Shown piece after piece: positions 46,349 to 59,420 of a stretch of 64,000 nt of DNA. A program made the position numbers and the translations under genes. Positions within the stretch are counted from its first letter, which is position 1. Every line of letters begins with the position of its first letter. A model generated the notes under the pieces. The model saw nothing but the letters and a program-made list of their open reading frames with translations. It had not been told where the DNA came from and ran no database searches. The DNA is from the human T2T-CHM13v2.0 reference genome, Homo sapiens. Location: NCBI RefSeq assembly GCF_009914755.1, contig NC_060930.1; one strand, given 5' to 3'.

Positions 46349-48417
46349 CTTCCCAAAGCAAATGTGTTCTTACAAGGCTCATTATGCCCTCCAGGCCCCA
46401 TAAGCAGTGAGGCTGGCTTGTTTTGGTGTCCAGGGAATGGCTGAACCTTTGCTATTTTTGTTCATCTGGAATATCATTACACAATCCTTACAGAGGAGAG
46501 TATAGTTTTCATAACTGATACCTTATCTGTATCAATGTGGTTAGATGTATCTATTGAGCTGTTTATGCTCTTTATCACACAGCACCATTGTGCTAATGGA
46601 AGGATTTAAATCAACCCTGAAGGGAATGATTAAGGTTTACAACTAATTGTTATATCAATTGGGATAAGTTATGGCATGTTATTTGCATATGTAAAAGCCA
46701 CCCTAGGAATACTTCAGCTTCTCCCTTTTTGAATTAATCTTTGGAAAGAAAAGAACAAATAAACTCTTCTAGAAAGGGAAATTTACAGATCACTAATGTT
46801 AGTAGTTGGCTTTGTTTAAGTTCTGAAAAAAAATTAAGAGGCATAGCATTAAATAGGTCAAGAGGAGTGGAAAGCACATTTGGGGGCAAGGAAAACGGTA
46901 TGTGAAATTGATTTTTAACCTTTAGTAGGGGGAGAATGCCACAGACCTCTTTGTGGATCTAATGAAAGTTATGAATTCAGACAAATACACACAAGCACAT
47001 ACATGCAAAGTGCCACATGCATCCCTGCAGGGTACTCAGGCTCCCGACCGCCCACCCACCAGCTCCTAGGGGGATGCAGGGCAGCCAGTTAAGGCCCTCT
47101 AGGGCATGAGAGACTCAGATAACACTAGAAACACCAGCTGCATTGGAACAGATGGTTGATGATGGTTGATATTGGAGAAGACAAAGTTGGAAAACTAGAT
47201 AGAAAATCTGGAATGCTGAGGTTAGGGGACATTACCCTGATGTACTGATGTACTGAGGATGAGGGCTGTTAAGTGTTTTAGGCAGGATGTACACTGAAGA
47301 CCAAAGAAGGAATCCCAGATCTTGACCATGTCACCTTCCTGGGCTTTAATAGCCTCGTCTGTAAAATGCGAATAACAATGCATGATTTTCCTGTTTCATA
47401 GGAGTGTTCTCAGGGTCAGCATGAGAACAAATTGAGATAACGTAAGTGAAGGTGTTTTGTAAACCTTTCACGAAAGTATAAAATGGTGTTTTAAGATAAT
47501 TAGGTTGTAATGTGATGGGTCTATACACTCACAGCCCTCAAGGATGGGGTAGAGAACATTTAATGTGGCTTGAAACTGTTAGGGCAAGAGAATGAGAAAA
47601 TCCATAGATATATTACAAAATAAACCAGGTGGCATGAACTTATTGCTTTTGAAATAAAGGGTAATACTCCAGGTAGATTATTACCTTTTACTGTGAATGG
47701 AAAGATCTTGAGGAAGACCGGGAAGAAGATGAGAAATATTAATCCTGAAGGCCCCTGAATGTTTCCAGAGGTCTTTCTTCCCAAACCAGATGGCAAATGA
47801 ATTAGATTCTCTGTGAGTTGTAGAATATTAAATTTTATAACCAAACCAAATTGATGTCTTATGCCTGGAACCTATGCACTAGTGAGTCTACTGGGAACAG
47901 CTTAGATTATCTTCACTACTGATTCATGAAAAAGGTTTTGGCAAATGGTCTCAGGCAAGGAATGAAGCCAGGAACAGCATTTGTCATACCAGATGGGCTG
48001 ACTCACCCTTTGGATAGAAAAGTTCACCTGTCTTATTCTAAAAACTACCCTTTGCTCTCTTAAATGGACCAGGGACATTTGTCATATTCTATATTGATGA
48101 ACAAGTCTTGTTTATCCAGTGTCTATGAGCTTCTGGGACGCTTAAGTTTGGTGCTAAGTATTACCTGTCAAGCTGGATTTTTGGAGAAACTTAATGAAAA
48201 CTCATGTGGACATCTAAAGTTCAGCTATTTGGAAGAAAAGATAGGAAACTCTCTCATAGCTACTTTGGGAGGAAGAAGACATTATCAGAGGTTGGGAGTA
48301 TACTGTATGCAAGACACAGGGAGCTCATCTATTCCAAAGGATAGTAAATAAGAGATTTTCCCTTGTTTAGGGCCACAGAGGGACCTTGGTGTCTCGACAC
48401 CAAAACATAACTCTCAT

Positions 48418-48709
48418 GGCCAGGCCTCAGTGGCTCATGCCTGTAATTCAGTGCTTTGGGAGGCTGAGGTGAGAGGGTCACTTGAGGCCAGGAGTTTAAG
48501 ACTAGCCTGGGCAACATAGCTATGAAAAAATAAAAAATTATCTGGGCATGGTGGTGTGCACCTGTAGTCCCAGCTGCTCAGGAGGCTGAGGTGGGAGGAT
48601 CACTTGAGCTCAGAAGTTTGAGGCTGCAGTGAATTCTGATCACGCCACTGCACTCCAGCCTGGGTGACCAAATGAGACCCTGTCTCTCAAAAATAAACAA
48701 ATAAACAAA
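48418..48709 (+). mobile_element. AluJ
   Basis: Diverged dimer flanked by taactc on both sides. Confidence 0.88.
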
Positions 48710-49471
48710 CAGTAACTCCCTAAAATGCTTTTTGGATAAAAAGTCGTGAAGATTCGCTTCTCCCCCACTCTCATCCAGCTGTTCCATGCTCATTATTTAA
48801 GTTTAGATGAAATGTCACTTCCTCAGAGAGGCCCCCCCCCACCTCCCTTAATAGCCCCCCTCCTCCCTGGCCCCATCTCAGGGACACTGCCATGTGCCCA
48901 CCTTGTTTCTGCACTGAGTTACTTGTTCAGGTTTCCCTCCTGAGCACGTGAGCCCCACAGGGATCCTGTCTGTCTTGCTCACTGCCGTACCTTCCACCCC
49001 AGCATGCGTCTGACCCATCTTTGTGGAATGGATGAATCTGTGAAGCTTTGGAAATAGTGAAACAAACCCCCATTTGCTTACCAGGTTTTACAGTCCCAGG
49101 TCTTTTCTACTATTTATTCTGACACATCTTTTGGATTTTATTCTTATAAGGCATCTCCCTGTTCCCACTGCCGCTGTCCTAATTCAGAATTTCCTTATAT
49201 TTGGCCCACTGCAATGAACTCTGGAATGTGTTGTCTGCCTTAGGTCTCCCTCTGCTCCAAACCATTCTGCAATCTCTTGCTGGATCAATTTTCTATTTCC
49301 TGTTCAAAAAACAAGCCACTGGGCTGACTTTCAATTCCCACTTATGTGTCTCTGCTTCCCAGCCTCTTAGTTATGTGCCCTTTGAGTCAGTCAAGTCCAA
49401 GTCTGTCTCCTCTTTGCCTACATAGCCTATGTTTTTCTGCCCCAACCCTTTGCTCATGTGGTTCTCTCTCT

Positions 49472-49863
49472 CTTTTTTCTAGAAATGGAGTCTTGCTATG
49501 TTGCCCAGGCTGGCCTTGAACTCCTGGGCTCAACTGATCCTCCCATCTCAGCTTTCTGAGTAGCTGGGATTACACCTGGGCTCAAGTGATTTCCCCCTCC
49601 CCCCCCCCACCCCCGCCATCTCAGCCTTCTGAGTAGCTGGGATTACACCTGGGCTCAAGTCATCCTCCCATCTCAGCCTTCTGAGTAGCTGGGATTACAC
49701 CTGGGCTCAAGTCATCTTCCCATCTCAGCCTTCTGAGTAGCTGGCATTACACCTGGGCTCAAGTGATCCTCCCATCTCAGCCTTCTGAGTAGCTGGGATA
49801 TTACACCTAGGCTGAAGTGATCCTCCCGTCTCAGCCTTCTGAGTAGCTGGGATTACACCTGGC
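49472..49863 (-). mobile_element. FLAM_A-like monomer with internal tandem expansion
   Basis: agaaatggagtcttgctatgttgcccaggctgg... Confidence 0.85.
49524..49858. repeat. 52-bp Alu-derived minisatellite, 6 copies
   Basis: Unit ctgggctcaagtgatcctcccatctcagccttctgagtagctgggattacac. Confidence 0.95.
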
Positions 49864-50262
49864 TTGGGTTTCAAGTGGTTATTTTTACTTGCCCAAATAT
49901 TAGTCAACTTTTAAGGCTCAATTGAAATATTCTGTCCCCCCAAAAGCTTTCGTTGAGTTCACTAAACTAATAGTAAGCTCTGCCTCCTTACACTTTTCTA
50001 ACACTTTATTTGTTCCCCTCTTCTGGTATGACACACTTCATGTAATTGTCTGAACTCTCCCACCAAACTCCTCAAGCAGGGGGCTAAGTCTTAGTCATAT
50101 TTGCCTTCCACAGCATGCTCAGCACAGGGCCTCGCACAGGAGATACTCAATAAGAGTTGTGGCATTAAAGACCGTTTCAAAATTCTTGTTTGGGTTTAGT
50201 TTTATTTGAAGGCTAGGAAAGTGCAAAACATCCTGGAATATATTAGTCATGATTATTGCTAA

Positions 50263-50582
<320 letters not shown>

Positions 50583-51385
50583 AGAAGTCTGTCCCTTATT
50601 TGAAGAACTGTCTGGCAATGGATTGTGGTTTGGTTGGTAAAAACAAATCACATAGAACTTTACAGTTTGCAGTGTGCTTTCAGCGGCTTGACTTCAACCA
50701 ATCCTCTCAACCTTGTGAGGCAAACAGGCGTGTTACAGGTGTCTCCATCTCATAGTTCAGGAAACTGAGACTCACAGGGGATAAACAGCTGTTAAGTGGT
50801 GGAGCTGGTGCTAGGAGCCTGTGACTTCAGATGGCATGCTCTTTCCCTCTGCTGCTGTCTTGCCCTCACCACGAGCTCAGTGGGCTGAGATGGGTGGAAA
50901 CCCTGATCCATTTTTGCTGCATTTTTCAGACATGGCTCCAGAAACTCCTGTATTTCCAGATGAGCATTCATCCTGGGTGAGAGAGATTGCACATACATGA
51001 GCTCAGCTTCAGTTCAAGAAGCAGGAACGAAGAGCAATGCTGAAAAGTCATAGAGTTTGATTAGACAGTGATTGAGATGTTTTACAAATTAAGTGTAAAG
51101 GACCCTTCCCTGCGTACTATGAGCCGGTCAAGCTTAAGAGTCTTTGTGCCTAGCTTCCTAGTAGAAAGAGTCAGCAGCAGGTAAAAGGAGTTCAGGCATT
51201 AGACTTAGATGGACCTGGGTTCAAATCCCAGCCTTACCACTCACTGGCTATCTGGCTTTGAGAAAATTACCTGTCTGAGCCTCCATTTCATTAGTGTAAC
51301 TGAAATAGTCACTCTGATCATGTCCCAGATGCTATAAATCTATTATCCCGCATGATTCTCTTACAGATCCTAAGAAGTAGGTGTT

Positions 51386-51387
<2 letters not shown>

Positions 51388-51432
<45 letters not shown>
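51388..51432. repeat. (ATT)n microsatellite
   Basis: Seen directly. Confidence 0.97.
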
Positions 51433-52349
51433 TTTACTAATTTTTGCTCTTTCTATAGACAAGAAACAGGTTCAGGGAGCAAAAGGTTTCCAGCAGCAAG
51501 AGGTTGCCAAGAAGATAAACACCAACCCACTTACTCACCATCCAATATCACCAGCCACCATTGACATAACAAGGAAAGGAAAGCTGTCTCAGCAGGGTTC
51601 ATGTGGTGGTCAGATAAGAAAATGTGTTTGAACTGTCTAGATGATATTAATTGGATCCCTGCTTATTTCTTTAAATAAATGTTTGTAAGTAAATAGGTAT
51701 ATCCAGGTAACTGTATTTCTTTAGACCATGTTTGGATGATAAATCTTTTGGTTAATGATGGTGATTAGTCAGCCAAGTTCATATTTATACTTAGCTTTTA
51801 CTTTCTTTCTTTTTTTTTTTTTTTTGCCGACATTCCTGGAAACAATTACCATTCAGAACGTGAGACAGAATCCAGCACCACCCTCCAACCAGTGGCAGCA
51901 GATCCCACTGGCTGGAAGGGGCCCTCCAAAGCAGGGCAGGAGCCTTTGAAATGTCACTCTTGCAAACCCAACCTCTATATGGCAACACAGATCATAAGCA
52001 CAGAAAGGAACTGTGTTACAACTGGTGTTATGTTTGATGGGGAGTTGCAGGAGTTAATCAAGGAAGAATAAAACCTAGGGAAAAATATTGTACAAGAATT
52101 ATTGATGGGTTTGTATTTAAAATCATCGTTTTCATTAGACTTTTTTTTTTTACCCCTTTCAGTGGTCATGCTGGCATCGAGGCCCTGAGTGGGTGCTCAT
52201 AGCCAGGGCCTATTGAACATCACTGAAGGGGGAGACTCCAGGGACCTGCAAGAGGGCAGGATGACCAGGTAGACGAGGACACCATAGTCCTGATTTTGAG
52301 TCTTTGCTTTGTTTTTTATTAGCTGTGTGACCTTCAACCAATGCCTTAC

Positions 52350-52750
52350 ACACTGGGACTGTGGCAGAGACAGCTTGTTCATCCTCAAATCATTTCCTTT
52401 TCCACTGGGCACAGGGGAGAAGCCAGGAGCCGCCCCAGGACTGACTCTGGCCAATGGGATGTCCATGGGAGGCACGTCTGCTGCACCCAGACCTGGCCAT
52501 TGACATGTCCACGTGCTCCTTGACTCTGGCTCTTCCCCTACCTGCTAGAGAAGGTGCTGATGGCTAGAGAAGGGCAGAGCCACAGACGGAAGGGGCCTGG
52601 GGCCTGAAACCCCACGTGAAAAGCCACAGTGCTGGAAGTGGTGTGTGGGTGTGCCTGTGTGTTAGCAGGGAATACACTTCTATTGTGCTGAGCCCCTGAT
52701 AATGTGGGGTTTATCTATTACCGCATCTAGAGTTAGCTTCACTGATACAG
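52350..52750 (+). mobile_element. Old MLT1-type LTR
   Basis: tctggccaatgggatgt..., cttctattgtgctgagcccctga...actgataca. Confidence 0.55.
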
Positions 52751-52863
52751 GCACATTTTCCTTGTCTGTATCATACAGGTAAAAATTGATCCTTATCTTA
52801 GGTGTCATAAAGGTGAAAAGAAATAATGTATAGGAAATGATTTTAGAAATTCTGTAAGTCCTC

Positions 52864-53157
<294 letters not shown>

Positions 53158-54225
53158 GAAATTCTACAAGTCCTCATCACCAATCTGGTTAATCAACACG
53201 GTTGCACCTGCTGGCAGCCCACTAGATCCATGGTATCCTTGCTCCTAGTCAACGCTAGGTGAGGCTCCCCAGCCAGAAGGAGGCCTGAATCCACAAGCCA
53301 TTCCTGAAGCCCCATGATGGACCCTGTTCATGTCCAAGCAGACACCATTCCTCCCACTTTTGCTTCTCTGCATGGGATGCTGCAGTGCAGGAGGTCAATT
53401 AACTCTTCCAGCTCATCCCTGGTGGCACATTTGGTGTTCTGTTACATTTCTTCTATTTTGCTACCTGGAATTTCCCTCCCAAATGATTCCTTTTTTTCTG
53501 ATAACAAAGGATTACATGCCTATTGTGGAAATTTTGAAAAGAAAATTTTATTGTGAAAGAGTAAAAAATGCACCCACTAAAGGTGATCATTAACAGTATT
53601 ATGGCATATTTCTTCCTGTATTTCTTTCTTCTTTCTTTCTTTTTTAAAATATCTCACCTCTGGCTGAATCCTCATATTCCTTTTTTCTTTTTTTGGTGGA
53701 GGTTGTTGAAAATCCTTATATTTCTTAAGGTAAGTATATATATATTTTTTACCATAGTCGAGAACACCATACACATATAATTTGGTATCTTGCATTTTAT
53801 GTTCTGCTTGTCACGATCATAGCATTTCCCATATCACTAAAACCTCTTACAGTCATGACTTTTCTTAGAGTTCTATACTATTCCATTGTAAGGATGTACC
53901 ATGATTTTCCCTATTGTTAGTTAGGTTGTTTCTAGTTTTTCAGTCTTATAAGGAGTGCTGCAGTGAACATGTTTGTAAACTGTGGATTGCTTCCTTTGCA
54001 ATTTGAATTCTTTAAGGCCATTCATGTTTTGGATCTGGGTAACATGTAGAAACCTATTACATTTCTTAGATACAATCTGGTTTCCAGAATATAGCAGCAT
54101 GGGAAGGTCAAATGTGGGCTACAAGGAGCCCCAGGTTCGATAGCGGAGATTCTTGAAGCCCGGACGGAAGTGTTCTTTGCACTAGCTCTAGGTACAGGTG
54201 TCTGAACTGCCTGAGCATAAGAAAC

Positions 54226-54736
54226 GTGATGGTTCATTTTAGGTGTCGACTTGCCTAGATTATGGGGTACTCAGCTGGCAAAGCATTATTTCTTGGTATG
54301 TCTGTGAGGGTGTTTCCAGAAGAGATTGACATTTGAATCAGTGGACTGAGTAAGGAAGATCCGCCCTCACCCAATGTGGGCGGGCACCAGCCAATCTGCT
54401 GAGAGTCCTGATAGAACAAAAAGGCAGAGGGAGGGCAAATTTTCCCTCTTCTTCTGGAGCTGGGACACCCTTCTCCTCCTACCCTTGGACACCAGCACTC
54501 CAGGTTCTTTGGCCTTCAACTCTGGAACTTGCACATACCCCATAGGATTCTCAGGCCTTAGTCTTGGACTGAGCCACACTGTCGACTTCCCTGGGCCTCC
54601 GGCTTGCCGTTGGCTCTTCGTGGGACTTCTCAGCCTCCATAATCACGAGTCATTTTTCCTAATGAATCCTCTCTCATTATCTATCATCTGTCCATCCATC
54701 CTATTTGTTTTGTCTAAGTGGAAAACCCTAATATAA
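54226..54736 (+). mobile_element. MLT2 (C/D-like) ERVL LTR
   Basis: gtgatggttcattttaggtgtcgacttg...aaccctaatata. Confidence 0.82.
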
Positions 54737-54851
54737 GAGACAGTGGAGAACCCCCCTTCTTGTTCTCTGTGGGGGACATGCCGTTCTTTTTTCTTGGAAG
54801 AGTGTGGGTTGCACTGTCGGGCCAGACAACACACTTCTTATAGTGTTATTC

Positions 54852-55033
54852 TATCTTTCTGTCTCTCTTTCCCTCCCTCCCTCCCTCCCTTCCTTCCTTC
54901 CTTCCTTCTTTCCTTCCTTCCTCTCTCCCTCCCTCTCTCCCTCCCCCTCTCTCTTTTTCTTTTTTTCTTTCCTTCCTTCCTTCTTTCTTTCTCTCTCTCT
55001 CCTTCCTTCCTTCTTTCCTTCCTTCCTTTCTCC
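54852..55033. repeat. Polypyrimidine (CCTT/CCCT/CT)n tract
   Basis: Seen directly. Confidence 0.95.
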
Positions 55034-55044
55034 TACACCTGAGC

Positions 55045-56665
55045 ATTTTTTTATTGAGATGTAATTAATATTCCATAAAATTTGCCTTTTTAAAGTGTAC
55101 AATTTGATGGTTTTTAATGTAATCACAAAGTTTTGTAACCATCACCACTAATTCCAGGACATTTCTATTACTCCCAGAAAGAAACACCAACCCCATTAAT
55201 AGTCACTTCCCATGCTCCCCTCCTCCAGCCCTTGGCAACCACTAATCTACTTTCTGTCTCTATGGATTTGCCTTTCCAGACTTCATATAAATGGAATCTA
55301 TAACATGTGGCTTTTGGGGTCTGGCTTATTTTATGTAGCATAATGTTCTCAAGGTTCACCCATGTTGTTGTATATATTGGTTTTTCATTCTTCTCATGGC
55401 TGAATAATATTCAATTGTATGTATAGACCACATTTTGTTTATCCATTCATCAATTGATAGACATTTGTGTTGTTTTCACTTTTTGGCTATCATGAATAAT
55501 GCCTCTGTGAACCTTTGTGTACAGGTTATTATGTGGATGTATCTTTTCAATTCTCTTAGGCATGTATCTAGGAACAGAATTACTGTTTAATTTACTTTAG
55601 AATAGCAAAATTGTTTTCCAGAGGGAAACACCATTTTACATTTTCACCAGCAGTGTATGAGAGTTCCAGTATCTCCACACTCTCTCCGCCACATTTGTCT
55701 ATCTTTTTTATTATAGCTATCCTGGTAGGTGCGAAGTGGTACCTCATTGTGGTTTTGATTTTCATTTTCCTAATTACTAGTGATGCTGAACATCTTTTCT
55801 TTGCATATTGGCCATTTGTATATCTTTTTTGTATGTAATTTCTGCCTATTCAAATCGGTTGCTCAAAAAATTTCGTTCCTTGTCTTTTTATGATTACATT
55901 ATAAGAACTCTTTATATATTCTAAATCCTAGATGCTTATCATATATATGATTTGCAAGTATTTTCTCCTATTCTGTGGGTTGTCTTGTCACTTTCTTGAT
56001 AGTGCCCTTTGCCACAAAAAAGTTTTTAATGTTGATCAAGTCTATTTTTTGACTTCATCTGTAAAATCCATAATTTTGATGTATCTTTCTTTTTCTTTTT
56101 TTGCTTAACGCTTTTGGTGTCACGTCTAAGAAACCATTGCTTAATCCAAGGTCACACAGATTTACTCCTCTGTTCTTTTTAGAGTATCATATCTTAGCAC
56201 TTACACTTAAATCTCTGATTCATTTTGAGCTAATTTTGTATGTGGTGTGAGGTACAGGTCCAACTTCATTCTTTTCCATGTGGATAGCCAGTTATTCCAA
56301 CACCATTTGTTTGAAAGACTATTCTTTCTTCATTGGGTTTCCTGGGAACCCTTGTCAAAAACCAATTAACTATAAATATATGATTTTATTTCTGGACTCT
56401 CAATACATGTCTATCCTTATGGCAGTACTGCACTGTCCTGGTTAGTGTAGATTTGTCATACATTTTGAAATTGGAAAGTTTGTGTCTTTCAACTTTGTTT
56501 TTTTTCAAGACTGTTTTGGCTATTCTGGGTCCCGTGTATTTCTATATAAATTTTATGATCAGTTTGTCAATTTAGACAAAAGAGGCGGCAGGAATTTTCA
56601 TAAGGATTGCATTGAATCTGTAGATCAACTTAAGGAGTATTGCCATGTTAACGTTATTGTCTTCT
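55045..56665 (-). mobile_element. L1MB-type 3' portion
   Basis: ggcaaccactaatctactttctgtctctatggatttgcct followed by antisense ORF2. Confidence 0.85.
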
Positions 56666-56933
56666 AGAGTGTTATTCTTAAAAAAACAAGACAAATCACT
56701 GATTTCAACAGTTACTCAACTTCCATTTGCAACAGTTTAGTTTTTCTGCAATGTAAGTCACTCCTATTTACTCCAGCTACATTAAAAAATGGAATGCTTC
56801 ACCTTGTCTGTAAATTATCTTCTTTGTACCAGATGAGCTCAACTATATTTCCTTATGAGACCTTAACGATTCCATTTTACTAGGGTTATTAGGTGTAGGT
56901 ACTATATGAATTTCACTAAAAGATGAAGAAATC

Positions 56934-57231
56934 AGCTGGCCATGGTGGCTCACGCCTATAATCCCAGCACTTCGGGAGGCTGAGGCCGGTGGATCACCTG
57001 AGGTCAGGAGTTCGTGACTAGCCTGGCTAACATGGTGAAATCCCATCTCTACTAAAAATACAAAAATTAGCCAGGTGTCGTGGCATGCACATGTAATCCC
57101 AGCTACTTAGGAGGCTGAGGCAGGAGAATCACTTGAACCCAGGAGGCGGCGGTTGCAATGAGCCGAGATTGCGCCATTGCAGTCCAGCCTGAGTAACAAG
57201 AGTGAAATTTCATCTCAAAAAAAAAAAAAAA
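56934..57231 (+). mobile_element. AluSx
   Basis: TSD aaaagatgaagaa(a/g)tca. Confidence 0.93.
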
Positions 57232-58329
57232 GATGAAGAAGTCAAGGCAAAAAAACTAACATTCAAGCAATTACCTCACTTGCCACAGAAGAACAGCTAG
57301 ATCTGTGATGAGAATGAAAGACTGTAGTTCCCACAGTACTGTGCTCTCCCGAGGAATTAGGAAGAGCTGGTTTCCCATCCCAACTGCTTGTTCTCCGTTC
57401 CCCTGTCTTAGTGTGGAATTTTGAAAAAGTACTTAATTTCTCTGAATCTGTTTTTTTATCTTCATTACGGTGGTGTGATCCAGGTGACCAAGTGACCTCG
57501 TGGGCCTGTGTCTGTAATATGACACACTCATTTTTAATGACAAATTATAGTTACCAAAGCTACACCCTCCCCAGCCTGGCTTCCAGAAACCCTCTTCACA
57601 GTGTCCCCTATTTGTTCTGAGTCTCAAAAGAGTGTCTCCTGTGCGCAGAGCCAGTCTGTTAGCTGCAGTCATCTGCTCCATCACATCACTCCCGTTGACT
57701 CTCCTGCACCTGTTCCCCACCTCCACCCACCTTGTTTCTGCAGGGCCACAAGGAGTGCTTGTCATTGCATTGCCAAAACCAGGCAAGGTTGTTGTTTTGG
57801 GATTCATTCAAAGCTCCCTGTCCTATGGGCACCAGAGCAGGGCTGTTTCTATGCAGACAAGAAGAATAGTCTCCTCCACTCCAAATGCAGCAAGCAAGTC
57901 TGCCCAGCCCTGGAGTCCTTGACTCATACTTGAAGAATCCTATCAGCGTCATGCCCTTGTATTCCTGGCCATACTCCAGCTGGTGGAAGCCCTTAGAGGG
58001 GGGAAACATAGCATTCCATCACCACCTTCTCCCCATCACCTAGCCTGCTCCTCTCTCCCAGGTCACCACATAGAAGCTTGGATTAATGCAAGCCCACCAA
58101 AAGAAAACTGGCATGGGGCAAGGGGTGGGGGACCGTGTGTGGATCTTACCAGCAGCAGCTGGTGCCTGCTCTGGGGGCAAACATGAGGTCTCTGATGATT
58201 TAAAATGATACCTACCCCGGGAGGTGGCGTGAGATTAACTGAAATAATGCAAGGCAAGTCCTGGCACCAAAGACATTCCCCCCAGGGTTTCAAAATGTCA
58301 AAGATGATGAGGTCCCTTCTCTGGTAAAG

Positions 58330-59420
58330 GGTGCATTTATTTTCCAAATACTTCTCACTGCCTCAACGGAAATTTGCCTGGGCCTGTGGTTCCAGGGAAC
58401 ACTGTTGGGGGCAACCCCGTTTTCTTCCCGTGGACATGTGTGGCTCCATTCGAGTCCAGGAGGCAGACCAAACGCAGGGTCAGAATCGCTGCCTCGTATG
58501 CTCACCTGGACAGGCACTGGGAGATGAAGGACCATCTGTCTCTCGGTCCATGGTTTGGTCCAGCTGTTGCAAGAACCCCAGGTGCCGAAGGCGTTGCAGC
58601 CACCCTCCCCTGCCCACATGCCTGGGCGTCTCCGAACACTCCCCTTGGCGTCCACCACAAATAGAAGATTGTTTCATCCACCCATGCAAGGTCTTTCCCA
58701 GGACTCCTCCTACCCAGAAACCCAGGTGGTTCTCAGGGAGCTGCGCCAATCCCTCTGGCTGCACCCCGCAGACCCTGCCCACGCTCCAGCGCCACGTCCT
58801 CCGCAAGCGCGGTGATATGGCTCATCCTTCCCTTCTCGCCTTTCTCACAGCCCAGGTGCTGCACCCAGGCAGTCTGACGAAGCTGTTCCCGCTCCCAATC
58901 TGGCCAGACACGGCTCTGCGTAATTGCGCTCTGCGGTCCACCTGCTCCCCCGCGGCAGTCCCCCAGCTCCGCAGCAGGTGGGGCCGCCGCACAACCTCGC
59001 AGGCCCAGTGAGACATAGGAGACGCCAAACTGGGTTACGTAAGTGGGTTAGGCAGGTGGCGGGCGAGGTGCGTTCTACAGGAAAGTTGTGAATCAGGAGT
59101 CTGGCAACGTGAATTCTCAGTTCTCCTTTTGGTTTCATTACAACAAGCAGCTATTGGATGTCTGGTGTGTTCGCAGAAGTGTGATAGATGACTCCGTGTC
59201 GGAATACAGAAGCAGAGGGAGGGCTCTGGGAACAAAGCCCTGAGGATGAGACGCAGTCCTCAAACTCGACAGTTCACAGTCCGCAGGGGAGCAGACGTGG
59301 GAGCAATAATACAGCACATTACCACACATATAATAGTGAAAAATGTATGCAAGGTGTGGGGGGAGGGGGTGGATGGAGCGGGGAGGGGGGTGGATGGAGC
59401 AGGGAGGGGGAAAGAGAGCG
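58330..59420. promoter_or_regulatory. Non-repeat GC/CpG-enriched segment (candidate regulatory element or lncRNA exon)
   Basis: Highest non-Alu CpG density in the window (core about 58740-59075). Contains CCAAT at 58746 and TTACGTAA at 59035. Confidence 0.5.

Noticed and set aside
54743-55126. Low-complexity ORFs
   Set aside because: They are artefacts of the CT-rich simple repeat.
58217-58230. CTCF-like motif ccgggaggtggcgt
   Set aside because: It is a single short match within MIR-like sequence and could occur by chance in 64 kb.
58331-59011. 226-aa ORF as a protein-coding gene
   Set aside because: It has a GTG start and no recognisable domain. Long overlapping ORFs on both strands are expected from GC richness.
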